The notes under the pieces were generated by a model. It was not told the origin of the DNA and searched no databases. It saw only the letters and a list, made by a program, of their open reading frames with translations. Positions 39,301-57,576 of a DNA stretch of 64,000 bases are shown piece after piece. The position numbers were made by a program, and so were the translations under genes. The DNA lies in contig NMRA01000518.1 of NCBI GenBank assembly GCA_002633005.1, positions 124,001-188,000 on the forward strand, in the 5' to 3' direction. The first letter of the stretch is position 1. Each line of letters starts with the position of its first letter. Source of the stretch: Phoronis australis. Lineage: Eukaryota > Animalia > Phoronida.

Positions 39301-39692
39301 AAGGTCTTTCAAATAATACTTGATTGACATTGTGTCAGTATACTGCTAAAAGTTTTGGTTTAAAAAAAAAACACCAAAAAACAGTTTTCATTTCTAGACC
39401 AAGTTCATATGTGTTAAATAATCAATCTACAATGTAGTTGTCTCGGTGTAACTGTACAATGCGATTTTCTTTGATTTCAGTAACATTGCCACCTGGGGAC
39501 TGCAAGGACATTAAACATTTGGCTAATTGTGAAATTATCGTCAAGTATGATTACTGTGGTCATCCCATCTACTCCAATTACTGTTGTCGCTCTTGTTTCC
39601 AGGCAGGAAAACTAGACTCTAAAAAGATAAAAAAGATACGCCGACGAAGGCATATTAAAAACTTTTTTTCTACCTCGGCTCTTCTGTATTAA
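263..39692 (+). CDS. PAPLN: Papilin-like multidomain ECM protease-inhibitor gene, 3' part (5' exons lie upstream of the window)
   Basis: About 33 GT-AG exons join in frame (one junction is hidden by the N gap). They encode a Kunitz array, a lagrin-type CxxxxFGCCxDGxTxAxGxNxxGC repeat, 3 Ig domains and a C-terminal PLAC domain, which is the hallmark papilin C-terminus. Confidence 0.88.
547..714 (+). CDS. Kunitz exon A1 (DICALPKVEGPCAARINAWYY...CEAACP)
   Basis: Six-Cys Kunitz pattern, tttcag/gtatgt boundaries, 168 nt. Confidence 0.93.
809..2366 (+). mobile_element. Helentron-associated non-autonomous element (HINE/DINE-1-like), diverged copy 1
   Basis: 5' hairpin (tgttcccactatttatatgtgggtaca), ~145-bp core repeats, 3' subTIR gtgggcgcat followed by a short hairpin; same family as 5994, 7011, 11192 and 16275. 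Confidence 0.7.
3024..3206 (+). CDS. Kunitz exon B1, 4-Cys variant (DICTLPSNNGQSSGYEIFWYYD...RCRRFIFRGVGGNANRF...CLSVC)
   Basis: ttgtag/gttagt boundaries, 183 nt, Kunitz GGNANRF motif; absent from the ORF track. Confidence 0.9.
3265..3415. mobile_element. Short MITE
   Basis: Terminal inverted repeats catgggcagatccag...ctggatccgcccttg; a related end occurs at ~58655. Confidence 0.6.
3974..4084 (+). CDS. Thr/Pro-rich linker exon C1 (EAPLQPTTAAPKSVKTDAPTT...)
   Basis: 111 nt, phase 1-1; paralogues at 4882 and 14375. Confidence 0.8.
4882..4992 (+). CDS. Linker exon C2 (EAHTHPTIASQKSVRTDAPTT...)
   Basis: 111 nt, atgtag/gtcagt boundaries; the following intron is paralogous to the one after C1. 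Confidence 0.75.
5523..5684 (+). CDS. Kazal exon D1 (DPCPEVCTLIYTPVCANNGKTYPNECAMRVAGC...KGKC)
   Basis: Classical Kazal C-x3-C-x7-C...TYxNEC pattern, P1 Leu; catag/gtaggg boundaries. Confidence 0.92.
5994..6315 (+). mobile_element. HINE-like element, 3'-truncated copy 2
   Basis: Intact 5' end tttttatgcgcccacatatttatatgtggacgcat plus gtccgtccg; ends abruptly at a duplication junction. Confidence 0.7.
6346..6570. repeat. 75-bp tandem repeat x3
   Basis: aagcctagatgaacattactatgtcacc... starts at 6346, 6421 and 6496; two copies in the paralogous intron at ~10602-10751. Confidence 0.95.
6645..6812 (+). CDS. Kunitz exon A2
   Basis: Differs from A1 at 2 of 168 nt; intact splice sites. Confidence 0.9.
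7011..8682 (+). mobile_element. HINE-like element, full-length copy 3 with 11 core repeats
   Basis: 5' subTIR/hairpin atgcgcccacatatttatatgtg, tandem core units, 3' gtgggcgcat then a hairpin ending ctcttgtt; T-rich insertion site, no TSD seen. Confidence 0.8.
8986..9147 (+). CDS. Kazal exon D2
   Basis: Paralogue of D1 (about 6 nt differences); intact splice sites. Confidence 0.9.
9801..9842 (+). CDS. Linker micro-exon (VTTKVPTKPGVTGL)
   Basis: ttgtag/gtaagt boundaries; paralogue of 263-304. Confidence 0.75.
   Translation, partial: LQPKCQLNLASQD
10826..10993 (+). CDS. Kunitz exon A3
   Basis: Differs from A2 at 2 nt; intact splice sites. Confidence 0.9.
11192..12282 (+). mobile_element. HINE-like element, copy 4
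   Basis: Same termini and core repeats; sits at the same paralogous intron position as copy 3. Confidence 0.78.
13030..13250 (-). mobile_element. Possible tRNA-derived SINE fragment
   Basis: Minus strand reads gtcctgggttccagtcccagatggg, a B-box/T-arm-like sequence; A box not evident. Confidence 0.3.
13447..13629 (+). CDS. Kunitz exon B2, 4-Cys variant
   Basis: Differs from B1 at 2 of 183 nt. Confidence 0.9.
14375..14485 (+). CDS. Linker exon C3 (EPPLQPTTAATKFVETDVPTT...)
   Basis: 111 nt, catag/gtctgt boundaries; paralogue of C1 and C2. Confidence 0.78.
14800..15320. repeat. Minisatellite of ~33-bp units with a 77-bp higher-order unit x3 at its 3' end
   Basis: Recurrent tggatctgcactagaacact motif; tgtgtggacctgcactag starts at 15091, 15168 and 15245. 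Confidence 0.9.
15395..15517 (+). CDS. Kunitz E, N-terminal half (EPSTCFKRPDRGDCREYVVKWYW...YGGCGGN)
   Basis: tttcag/gtaatt boundaries; the domain is completed by the next exon; P1 Arg. Confidence 0.9.
16030..16212 (+). CDS. Kunitz E, C-terminal half plus Thr-rich linker (GNRFESQADCLGLC...)
   Basis: catag/gtgagt boundaries; supplies NRF and Cys5/Cys6. Confidence 0.9.
16275..17907 (+). mobile_element. HINE-like element, full-length copy 5
   Basis: Same termini, gtccgg-type microsatellite after the 5' hairpin, 11 core units. Confidence 0.8.
18292..18516 (+). CDS. Kunitz exon F
   Basis: LCRERPDPGPCDGRLKRWYY...YGGCQGNANRF; 225 nt, phase 1-1. Confidence 0.93.
18941..19372 (+). CDS. Exon with two Kunitz domains (G1, G2)
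   Basis: DICHLPENEGTC... and DSCLLKKSPGTC...; 432 nt. Confidence 0.93.
19752..19961 (+). CDS. Kunitz exon H
   Basis: VCSQPKQVGDCTLNW...YSGCGGNYNNF; 210 nt. Confidence 0.92.
19953..20153. repeat. 67-bp tandem repeat x3 spanning the exon H splice donor
   Basis: ccactactg|gtgagttgagtaatc... starts at 19953, 20020 and 20087. Confidence 0.95.
20980..21249 (+). CDS. Kunitz exon I plus mucin-like Thr/Pro tail
   Basis: TCDQVFDYGNCAEW...YYGGCGGNDNRF; 270 nt. Confidence 0.93.
21623..21908 (+). mobile_element. Penelope-like retroelement remnant
   Basis: Encodes KLGLNRDGGYLP, resembling the C-terminus of the Penelope GIY-YIG endonuclease; flanked by an imperfect ~34-bp inverted repeat (aatgattgttacctat...ataggtaataatcatt). 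Confidence 0.5.
21964..22173 (+). CDS. Kunitz exon J
   Basis: TCQQPFEVGDCDDY...YYGGCGGNDNRF; 210 nt. Confidence 0.93.
22875..23228 (+). CDS. Fibronectin type III exon 1
   Basis: VYW...YYVRY...LIPGETYRFVV...SDWSEP; 354 nt, phase 1-1. Confidence 0.9.
24169..24522 (+). CDS. Fibronectin type III exon 2
   Basis: PRNVQV...VTW...YYVRY...LLPTTSYLVDV...SGWS; 354 nt. Confidence 0.9.
25476..25679 (+). CDS. Kunitz exon M
   Basis: YCNEPVERGRCSENLLRFYY...YTGCDGNRNRF; 204 nt. Confidence 0.92.
26942..27031. mobile_element. Small palindromic repeat (MITE-like)
   Basis: Arms ...agaaccagtttt / aaactggttct...; related copies at ~33695-33770 and, reversed, at ~62893-62940. Confidence 0.55.
29017..29178 (+). 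CDS. Kunitz exon N
   Basis: VCGIRQDPGTCRDALVRW...YTGCGGNHNKF; P1 Arg. Confidence 0.92.
29955..30043 (+). CDS. Antistasin-like exon (truncated by assembly gap)
   Basis: ECKQPQCDTVCPFGYKTDIDGCDTCDC fits the antistasin C-x5-C-x3-CPxGY-x2-D-x2-GC-x2-C-x-C pattern. Confidence 0.85.
31486..31579 (+). CDS. Cys-rich exon, copy 1 (probably an allelic duplicate)
   Basis: GVVCGKEEVCRVRTYYCVTTPCPKPEPVCLS, identical to 33271-33364; lies between two gaps. Confidence 0.55.
33271..33364 (+). CDS. Cys-rich (follistatin-N-like) exon
   Basis: ttgcag/gtatgt boundaries, 94 nt, phase 0-1. Confidence 0.75.
34116..34226. repeat. 36-bp tandem repeat x3
   Basis: ttctaattacaacatggcgtggccatcttactgacc. Confidence 0.95.
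34349..34399 (+). CDS. Linker micro-exon (LKDADIDNTLPTVDPQT)
   Basis: tttcag/gtaagt boundaries, 51 nt, frame-preserving. Confidence 0.65.
35044..35340 (+). CDS. Fibronectin type III exon 3
   Basis: TSATVSW...YYRVRY...LLPETKYTFQV...SDWS; 297 nt. Confidence 0.9.
35883..35984 (+). CDS. Lagrin/papilin Cys-rich repeat exon
   Basis: KCTNSAFGCCLDGVTSADGYNYLGCP. Confidence 0.9.
36678..36804 (+). CDS. Ig domain 1, first half
   Basis: PTIQAS...IELPCVAVGSPVPQITWYKN; phase 1-2. Confidence 0.88.
37066..37229 (+). CDS. Ig domain 1, second half
   Basis: NGSLIISG...DTASYICRATNG; phase 2-1. Confidence 0.9.
37448..37723 (+). CDS. Ig domain 2
   Basis: LHCYAKGIPAPAITWFKD...DIGDYTCEARN. Confidence 0.92.
37948..38138. 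mobile_element. Foldback/MITE hairpin
   Basis: ~75-bp inverted arms (aaacacggcacttttcgttattgacagtctttattcc / ggaataaagactgtcagtaacgaaaagtgtcgtgtgttt). Confidence 0.75.
38862..39137 (+). CDS. Ig domain 3
   Basis: LKCKATGYPTPNITWTKDG...DSGTYTCTASN. Confidence 0.92.
39481..39692 (+). CDS. Terminal exon: PLAC domain plus basic tail and stop codon
   Basis: CKDIKHLANCEIIVKYDYCGHPIYSNYCCRSC, then KKIKKIRRRRH...; TAA at 39690-39692. Confidence 0.92.
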
Positions 39693-41205
39693 CGAAACGT
39701 TTTAAACTATTGCCTAAAATGATGTTATTTTAATTGTTGATCGTGGCAAATTCACTGCCAGTTATGCAAGGGGCCAGAGATGACAGCTTCTGTTAACATG
39801 GTCAAATCTTGTGATTATTAATGTACAATGGATTTTAATAAGATTTTACTTGGAGTACAGTTTTAGCATTTTCTACTATTTAACAAGTTTATACACGTTC
39901 TGGTTTACTCGTTGTCTATGTGTGTACATTGCTGCTAAGTAACGCACTGAAGCAATTTGAGTGGTATTTTCTAAACATGGTATTGAACTTAATTGGAAGA
40001 CTGCTTCCGTGCCCTAATTACTTAAACTTTGATAAATGATTGGAAAGTGATGTATTTTAGTTAATTTTGGTGCTTAGCAACTTCTAATAGTCAAAGTTAG
40101 TATAGTTTTGTATAGCTTGAACAGTGTGACATATTGTTATATTTCTTTGTGTATATACTAGGTAAATATTTTTAAAACAACCCTGTTGGTTATTCTTAAG
40201 TAAAAATCATGTTCCAGAGAAACCTGTGTGTTATAAATAAATTCTTTTTCTAAACAAAATCTTAGCATCAAGTAAATCGACAGGGTTGTTTTCTTTATTC
40301 ACTGTTGCGACAAGTTTGAACTTTTGAGACTTAAGTGACAGCGCAATCTTTTGGCCACAAGTGGAACCAATCTCTTAAAGTTTTATCTGCCCGGCATCAT
40401 TTACTGTATAAGCCAATGGTAGCCTGTATTATCTTACTCACATCGAGCACTGACGCTTGTACTTTTATCAATTCTCTTCCCTCAGTTTGGTTGCTATAGC
40501 ACACAGTCACCCTGTCTCACGAGTCCACCATGCACATTGTCGTGGTGACTTTGTGTTCCAGCAAGACAATTTCTTGCTTGGACTAGCTATCACCATTACA
40601 ATGCTCAGGTTTGGATGACTAATCTTCCTGTTCTCTAACCATTGAGAGTTCAGTACAAAAGTGAGTTTCACGTAAGGAACTGTTTATTCACAGTACTTCT
40701 GCCAAGAAATACTATGAAACTGAGAGGCATGAGTCGAGTCTCTGGTTGTGGCAGATGTCTTGTCAAATCTCACCAAGTCACCTTTTGATATATTTTTTGG
40801 TCATCGTGAAGCATCCTATGCAAAGTGTTCTCTTATGAGCACAGATAGCTTAACGGATGTTCCATTCAGTACTGTCCTGAATTGGTTTTATTCTCAAGAT
40901 ACTATTAATTTATACTTTTGTACAATATCCTTTATGCAAATAGAAACTACACTCTGTCTATTATTTGATTGTTTTTATTTTCTTTGGGATAACAATAATT
41001 ATCAACAACAAAGATTGCATGACACTATGAATCATTACGTGGACCAAGCCCTTAAGTCACACCTGAATAGTTTCTTAGAAGCTTAGTTAATTTTTTAACT
41101 CAGCAATGTGACTCTAAAATGTGTTGAGGTAATTGTAAACCTACGTGAAGTTCTTTCGCATTTATCAAAGGAACTGAAAACTTTCCTTTTTCATCTCAAG
41201 AAAGT

Positions 41206-41211
41206 AATAAA
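41206..41211 (+). promoter_or_regulatory. Candidate polyadenylation signal of the papilin-like gene
   Basis: AATAAA followed by a T/GT-rich tract; an alternative AATAAA lies at 40236. Confidence 0.35.
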
Positions 41212-41904
41212 TGTATTTTTGGAATACAATTATTTTTTGTTTTAAATGTGACGCCATAGCCCATAAAATCAGTGTGTGAAGTGTCAAGCCAATGGAGAAA
41301 TCATTCAGAACTGTTAAAATTGTCAAAAATCAGTCTGAAAATAACAAAGACTTGCCACATTTAAGTGAAATTGATTGAGCTCATCTAAAACATCTCGCAC
41401 ATGGGGCACATAAATGTTGCGTCTTGGGAAAAGTTATGGATAGCAGTAGGAAAGAAGTTTTATACAATACGTGAATATTGTACTTTTGAAAGAAATTTCC
41501 TTAAAAGTTGGCAATTACCTTTACACCGACCTTTTCATAGATATTACAAAAAGTTGCACGTGCAAGGAATTGTGGGACCAAAATACAGAGAATTACCCAA
41601 GAGGTGAAATGTGTTTCATGTGTAGGAAAACGAGTCTGCACAGTACCACAAGTCTCACTCAAGACAACAACAGATTCATCTAGTGCTTTAAAGTCTGATA
41701 AATATGAAGTGAACTGATATTCTTCTTGAGCAAATAATCCCATACATCATGCAACAGAGAATTGCAAAGCGGGCTTGGTCTAACTTTGGTATAAAATGTG
41801 ATTTACTTCTCCATGAAGCTGCTTTGTAACAATAACAATGCATTGTACTGTCACCGTGGTATTTGCTCAATGGGTACGTGATATACTGTCATCATGGTAC
41901 CTGC

Positions 41905-52285
<10,381 letters not shown>

Positions 52286-54860
52286 ATTGGTGACTCTTTC
52301 TTTACACCTCCCGTAGTAAAGAGCTTTTGCTTTCACGAACTTCCCAGGGCAAAGGACACACCAGAGACCGTCTTTGGGTACACTCTCTGACGTCACGGGT
52401 GGCGTTTGAAGCCAACTCAACCCCAAACTACTGGACGCTCTGTGAAAGAGACGGTTGTTTTCGCCTCCGTCTTATGAGCATAAACCGAGTAAATTCTTTC
52501 GTTTCGTGGTCTCAATTAGTTCACCACTGCCACCGCTATGAACAGGGTCGGCTTGCAGGCAGCATAGGGACATTTTAAAGTAATTAAAATTACTCAAGTC
52601 TGTGCCACAAATTCTATCGGTTTCAGCCAGGAGAACCGTAGGACAAAACAAAGCAAAACATGTAGCAAGAAACATCGTGTATAGAACTTAGCATTGCCGT
52701 GAAACAGTTCCTGTGAGACTAAATTGAAATAAGTGCCGTTTTAGAAAGACAGTTCTGTGGCGTTTACAGTTCATCACCCCCTGACGGCACTGACTGTTCG
52801 CGATATGAATATTTAGTGGCCGATTAACTATTTCTAGACCCCTTTTGGACGGAGGTCAATTTTGGGAACCTAGTTGCAAGTGGAGTGTGAAGTCGTTTTC
52901 GGAAGTGCGCATGTGTGCTTAGGTGTCTGCCTAGTGTGGAGACAGTAAATATAACTATCATACTCCGAAACTAGTTGAGTGTATGTCACACTATGAATAG
53001 AATGAAGTCACACAATATGCGCGAATACTATTAAATTCAATGTGAAACAGACGGAAGTTATTTCTGGTCCACACCTTGCCTACAATCTACCTCATTACCT
53101 CCCACCCTTGGTTAACTTAGGCCCTACTATGCAGAACAACACGTTGGACCTATTCACTTATAATAGTATAGTTGGATATTGACTTGACAATGTAATCGTC
53201 TCCATTGTTTCTGGTCACTAAGTTGATCCAGGTATTTTTAGCGTACCCCCTCCCCCCGCGTCGATTCCCCGTCGACTTTCGCCCACTGGTCGTCATAATT
53301 TTCGAGCTACTTCTGACTGTTAAAATTTTTAAAATACCAACCGGTCGCCTATGACAATTTTACGATCCTATACGAGTGAGCCTCCTAACTGTATCAGGCC
53401 CTAAAGTGTAGCTTAGTTTTTAGTGTTTTTGTTAACAGATAATCCGCCGGGCACTCATAATGCATACGTTATGTTTCGTTGTTTCATTGTTTCTGCATTG
53501 CCAATCCGGGGGGTACTCGACTATATTTAGGCTCTGACAGTGGACTAAAAATGGAATTCGTTTCTAAGGAACTTCTATGAAAAAGTCACCTTTTTGTAGA
53601 GTTTTGTTCCAAAACTTGTTACCACCCTTTTATAAGGATCAATTACATACTAACCTAACCCCTTCACAGAGATTCGTGAATACTGACTGTGAATTTGAGT
53701 TGCTACATCAGTGCCAAAGTGGTCATTATTAATCTCAAATGCACTGTTGCAGTTTTCTAAATTATCATTTCGCTTTCCTTTTATGCAATTTTTCACAAAA
53801 ATCACAAAAGTCATATATTTAATAGCCCATCACGCAAACGCGGAACATTTTAAAGGGACTTTCTGGAGGGTTGTACAGCATAAAACACTTCTGTAGGTTT
53901 GTGCAGTTGGAAAAGGAAACCCGCTGTAGTTTTAAGCACCCGAAGAGATTGTCGTTTCACAATAATGAAATCAATACAGATCACGCTTCCAAAAGTGTTC
54001 TGACTTAAATAGAAATTTTGTATGTTTTGTGGGGATGTTCTGTTTCAGTCAATTTCCTGGCAACAAATGTCGGGTGTTTTGAACATGAGATCCACGATCG
54101 TGTGTACGAACTTGGGATTCCGCTTAATATCAAGAATGCGTATGTGTAAACTTTGGAATTAAATATCCATCAAGGTAGTCAGGGCAACGTTTTTGTTCAT
54201 TGAAAAGATTTCTTCAAATTATTGGCACTCCGATCGCCCATTTTCTCCCTTTGCCGGAACTTGAGTCAGAGAATCATTATCAGCTAATCTGTGAATTTTT
54301 AAAATCAATTATTGCTTTGTGAATAAGATCGCCAATAGTTGAGAAAAAAAAGTTGGCAAGAATTTAAATTGTTTTATTAAAATGTGTTTCAAGCTTTAGA
54401 GCAGTGCAAATTTTTTAAACATAAGTTACGTGATTATTGAGTGAAACTGCAAGTTTCCTAGGGTATTCCACATTCACGCATTCGTAATCTTGAGATTAAG
54501 CAGAATTCCAAGTTCAAGCACATCGCGACTAAATGACACGGGCAAAAATACACCATGCTTTTACCGAGAAGCACTAGTGATAACTCATGTCACAGACGGG
54601 GTTAAACCAGTTACCGGCCTCGATATCTAAAACTGTCTCGAGTAACGTTGTCCAAAGGGCAAGCCAAGCATAAGATAAATTACTGCAAGTTATGTCAAAA
54701 TCAGGTCATACCTAACCTATAGGATCTCAAACGAGTTCATTATCGTAATATTCTAAATCTTGATATGGAAGGTTGCAGTTGACCTTATAGATGCCCTGAC
54801 TTTGGCGTGACTAAGAATCTAACCCTGCGAAAACAAAATAACGCTAGCCCGACGTTGAAT

Positions 54861-57512
54861 ATGGAGAGCATCGAAATTGAAGGGCAAAGCAAGGCCTCGG
54901 CAAATTTCTGCCGTTTAGCTATCGATATAGGTAAGTAGGCCTGTAAAGAGCATTTTGTTCGTTGTATCGGCAGACATCCTGATGAATCCCGCGATCACAG
55001 TGCATGTAATCTGACGCATTTACGTCTATCCATTTTCCCATCTTAGAAGTAAGAAGTTGAAAGCAAAAGCGAAAGTATTTTTGGAACATGGTATTGTTCA
55101 TGGTAGAACTGTGTGTTCACTGTAAAACTGCATTTTCGGTTGAATTTTGCGATACGTGTTGTGTGAATAAACAATATATGTAGGTTAAAAATTATTAAAA
55201 CCCACATAAATCTTATAAATGCCCCCACTCTCAGGCTTCCACTAAATAATTAGAAGTGGCAGTTATTCCGCTCAGCTCATCTATTTTCAGGAGGGTGCCA
55301 TTTGAAAGTGGCGTATTTCGGTCACGGTGACGACGTAAGTGTTTGCAACATTGTGGCCTATAATAGTTGTTTTAGATGGTGCCATAAATATATGCCTTGA
55401 ATGTAACTTAACCGATTTTGTCGTGAATCAACCCTANCATTTTCTCCCTTTGCCGGAACTTGAGTCAGAGAATCATTATCAGCTAATCTGTGAATTTTTA
55501 AAATCAATTATTGCTTTGTGAATAAGATCGTCAATAGTTGAGAAAAAAAAGTTGGCAAGAATTTAAATTGTTTTATTAAAATGTGTTTCAAGCTTTAGAG
55601 CAGTGCAAATTTTTTAAACATAAGTTACGTGATTATTGAGTGAAACTGCAAGTTTCCTAGGGTATTCCACATTGACACATTCGTAATCTTGAGATTAAGC
55701 AGAATTCCAAGTTCAAGCACATCGCGACTAAATGACACGGGCAAAAATACACCATGCTTTTACCGAGAAGCACTAACGATAACCCTCATGTCACAGACGG
55801 GGTTAAACCAGTTACCGGCCTCGATATCTAAAACTGTCTCGAGTAGCGTTGTCCAAAGGGCAAGCCAAGTAAAAGATAAATTACTGCAAGTTATGTCAAA
55901 ATCAGGTCATACCTAACCTACAGGATCTCAAACGAGTTCATTATCGTAATATTCTAAATCTTGATATCGAAGGTTGCAGTTGACCTTATAGATGCCCTGA
56001 CTTTGTCTATGGCGTGGCTAAGGATCTAACCCTGCGAAAACAAAATAACGCTAGCCCGATATTGAATATGGAGAGCATCGAAATTGAAGGGCAAAGCAAG
56101 GCCTCGGCAAATTTCTGCCGTTTAGCTATCGATATAGGTAAGTAGGCCTGTAAAGAGCATGTTGTTCGTTGTATCGCAGACATCCTGATGAGTCCCGCGA
56201 TGGCACAGTGCATGTAATCTGACGCATTTACGTCTATCCATTTTCCCATCTTAGAAGTAAGAAGTTGAAAGCAAAAGCGAAAGTATTTTTGGAACATGGT
56301 ATTGTTCATGGTAGAACTGTGTGTTCACTGTAAAACTGCATTTTCGGTTGAATTTTGCGATACGTGTTGTGTGAATAAACAATATATGTAGGTTAAAAAT
56401 TATTAAAACCCACATAAATCTTATAAATGCCCCCACTCTCAGGCTTCCACTAAATAATTAGAAGTGGCAGTTATTCCGCTCAGCTCATCTATTTTCAGGA
56501 GGGTGCCATTTGAAAGTGGCGTATTTCGGTCACGGTGACGACGTAAGTGTTTGCAACATTGTGGCCTATAATAGTTGTTTTAGATGGTGCCATAAATATA
56601 TGCCTTGAATGTAACTTAACCGATTTTGTCGTGAATCAACCCTAACCGTTTCTATTATGCAATTCAATGTTCCGAAGCGACAGAGCTCCAAAACACTGCA
56701 CGTTGTGATAACGTATAGCTAGACAATGCATTTGGGTAACCATGTTCACTGCTTGAAGAGATCTTTTCGCTGTGAGTTTTTTCAAGAACTAGGTGTTTAT
56801 TAAACCAACCCTGTCTTGTGTTAGCATACTGGCTGGCTGTGCCCGACATTAGGCAAGGTTTCAAAAGAACTGGCAGATATTTCTTCAAAACACGCTCATA
56901 GAATTCCCGGTCACGCGGTGACCTGAATTTTTATGGACTTGGTTTGAAGAAATAACAAACTATCACTTATTCACGAGCTCAGGGACCACTTAAGGTTCCA
57001 CACAAAGTATGGGACAACATAATACCTTTTCTTTAACACTAAGTGGTCTACTAAACTATTTGACAGAAACTGATGTTTTATAACACTTTAAATAAAGCAA
57101 CTACAAAACTATTTACCTCAGGGCAAAGAAACTATCTTCATGAACATCTACTTGTTCGACCAACTGGAAGAGCTTACAAAGTTTATCAAGAGTAAAGTTG
57201 ATGATGATGACGTCATTTTGCTAACTGGATCGCATTCAGTACATTGTCGGCAAGCCAAAGAGGCTCTTAGCAGACATTTGAAAAGGTGAGGTTGTCTTTG
57301 TCAAGGTCGGTGACAAGTGAGTTTTAAACCAGTCAGCAGTGATATTCTTAATGTAACAAAATGGCTGTCATGCTGTAATAGCCACATCCTTATCATTTTC
57401 ATTCATCTATAACAACATCGTCTTTGCCACCACCACCACCACTACCACCACACCACCACCAGCATCAGCAACAGCACCACCACCACTAACACCATTACTG
57501 CCACCACCATCC

Positions 57513-57576
<64 letters not shown>

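Larger units (their letters stand above)
54239..56645. repeat. 1.2-kb near-identical tandem duplication joined by a single N
   Basis: 54239-55436 vs 55438-56645; includes PanK-like exons 1-2; likely uncollapsed haplotypes. Confidence 0.85.

Noticed and set aside
54239-56645. 1.2-kb direct repeat as an LTR/LTDR element or duplicated promoter
   Set aside because: The copies abut at a single N (55437), show no TG..CA ends or TSD, and contain host exons. This is typical of an allelic contig overlap.
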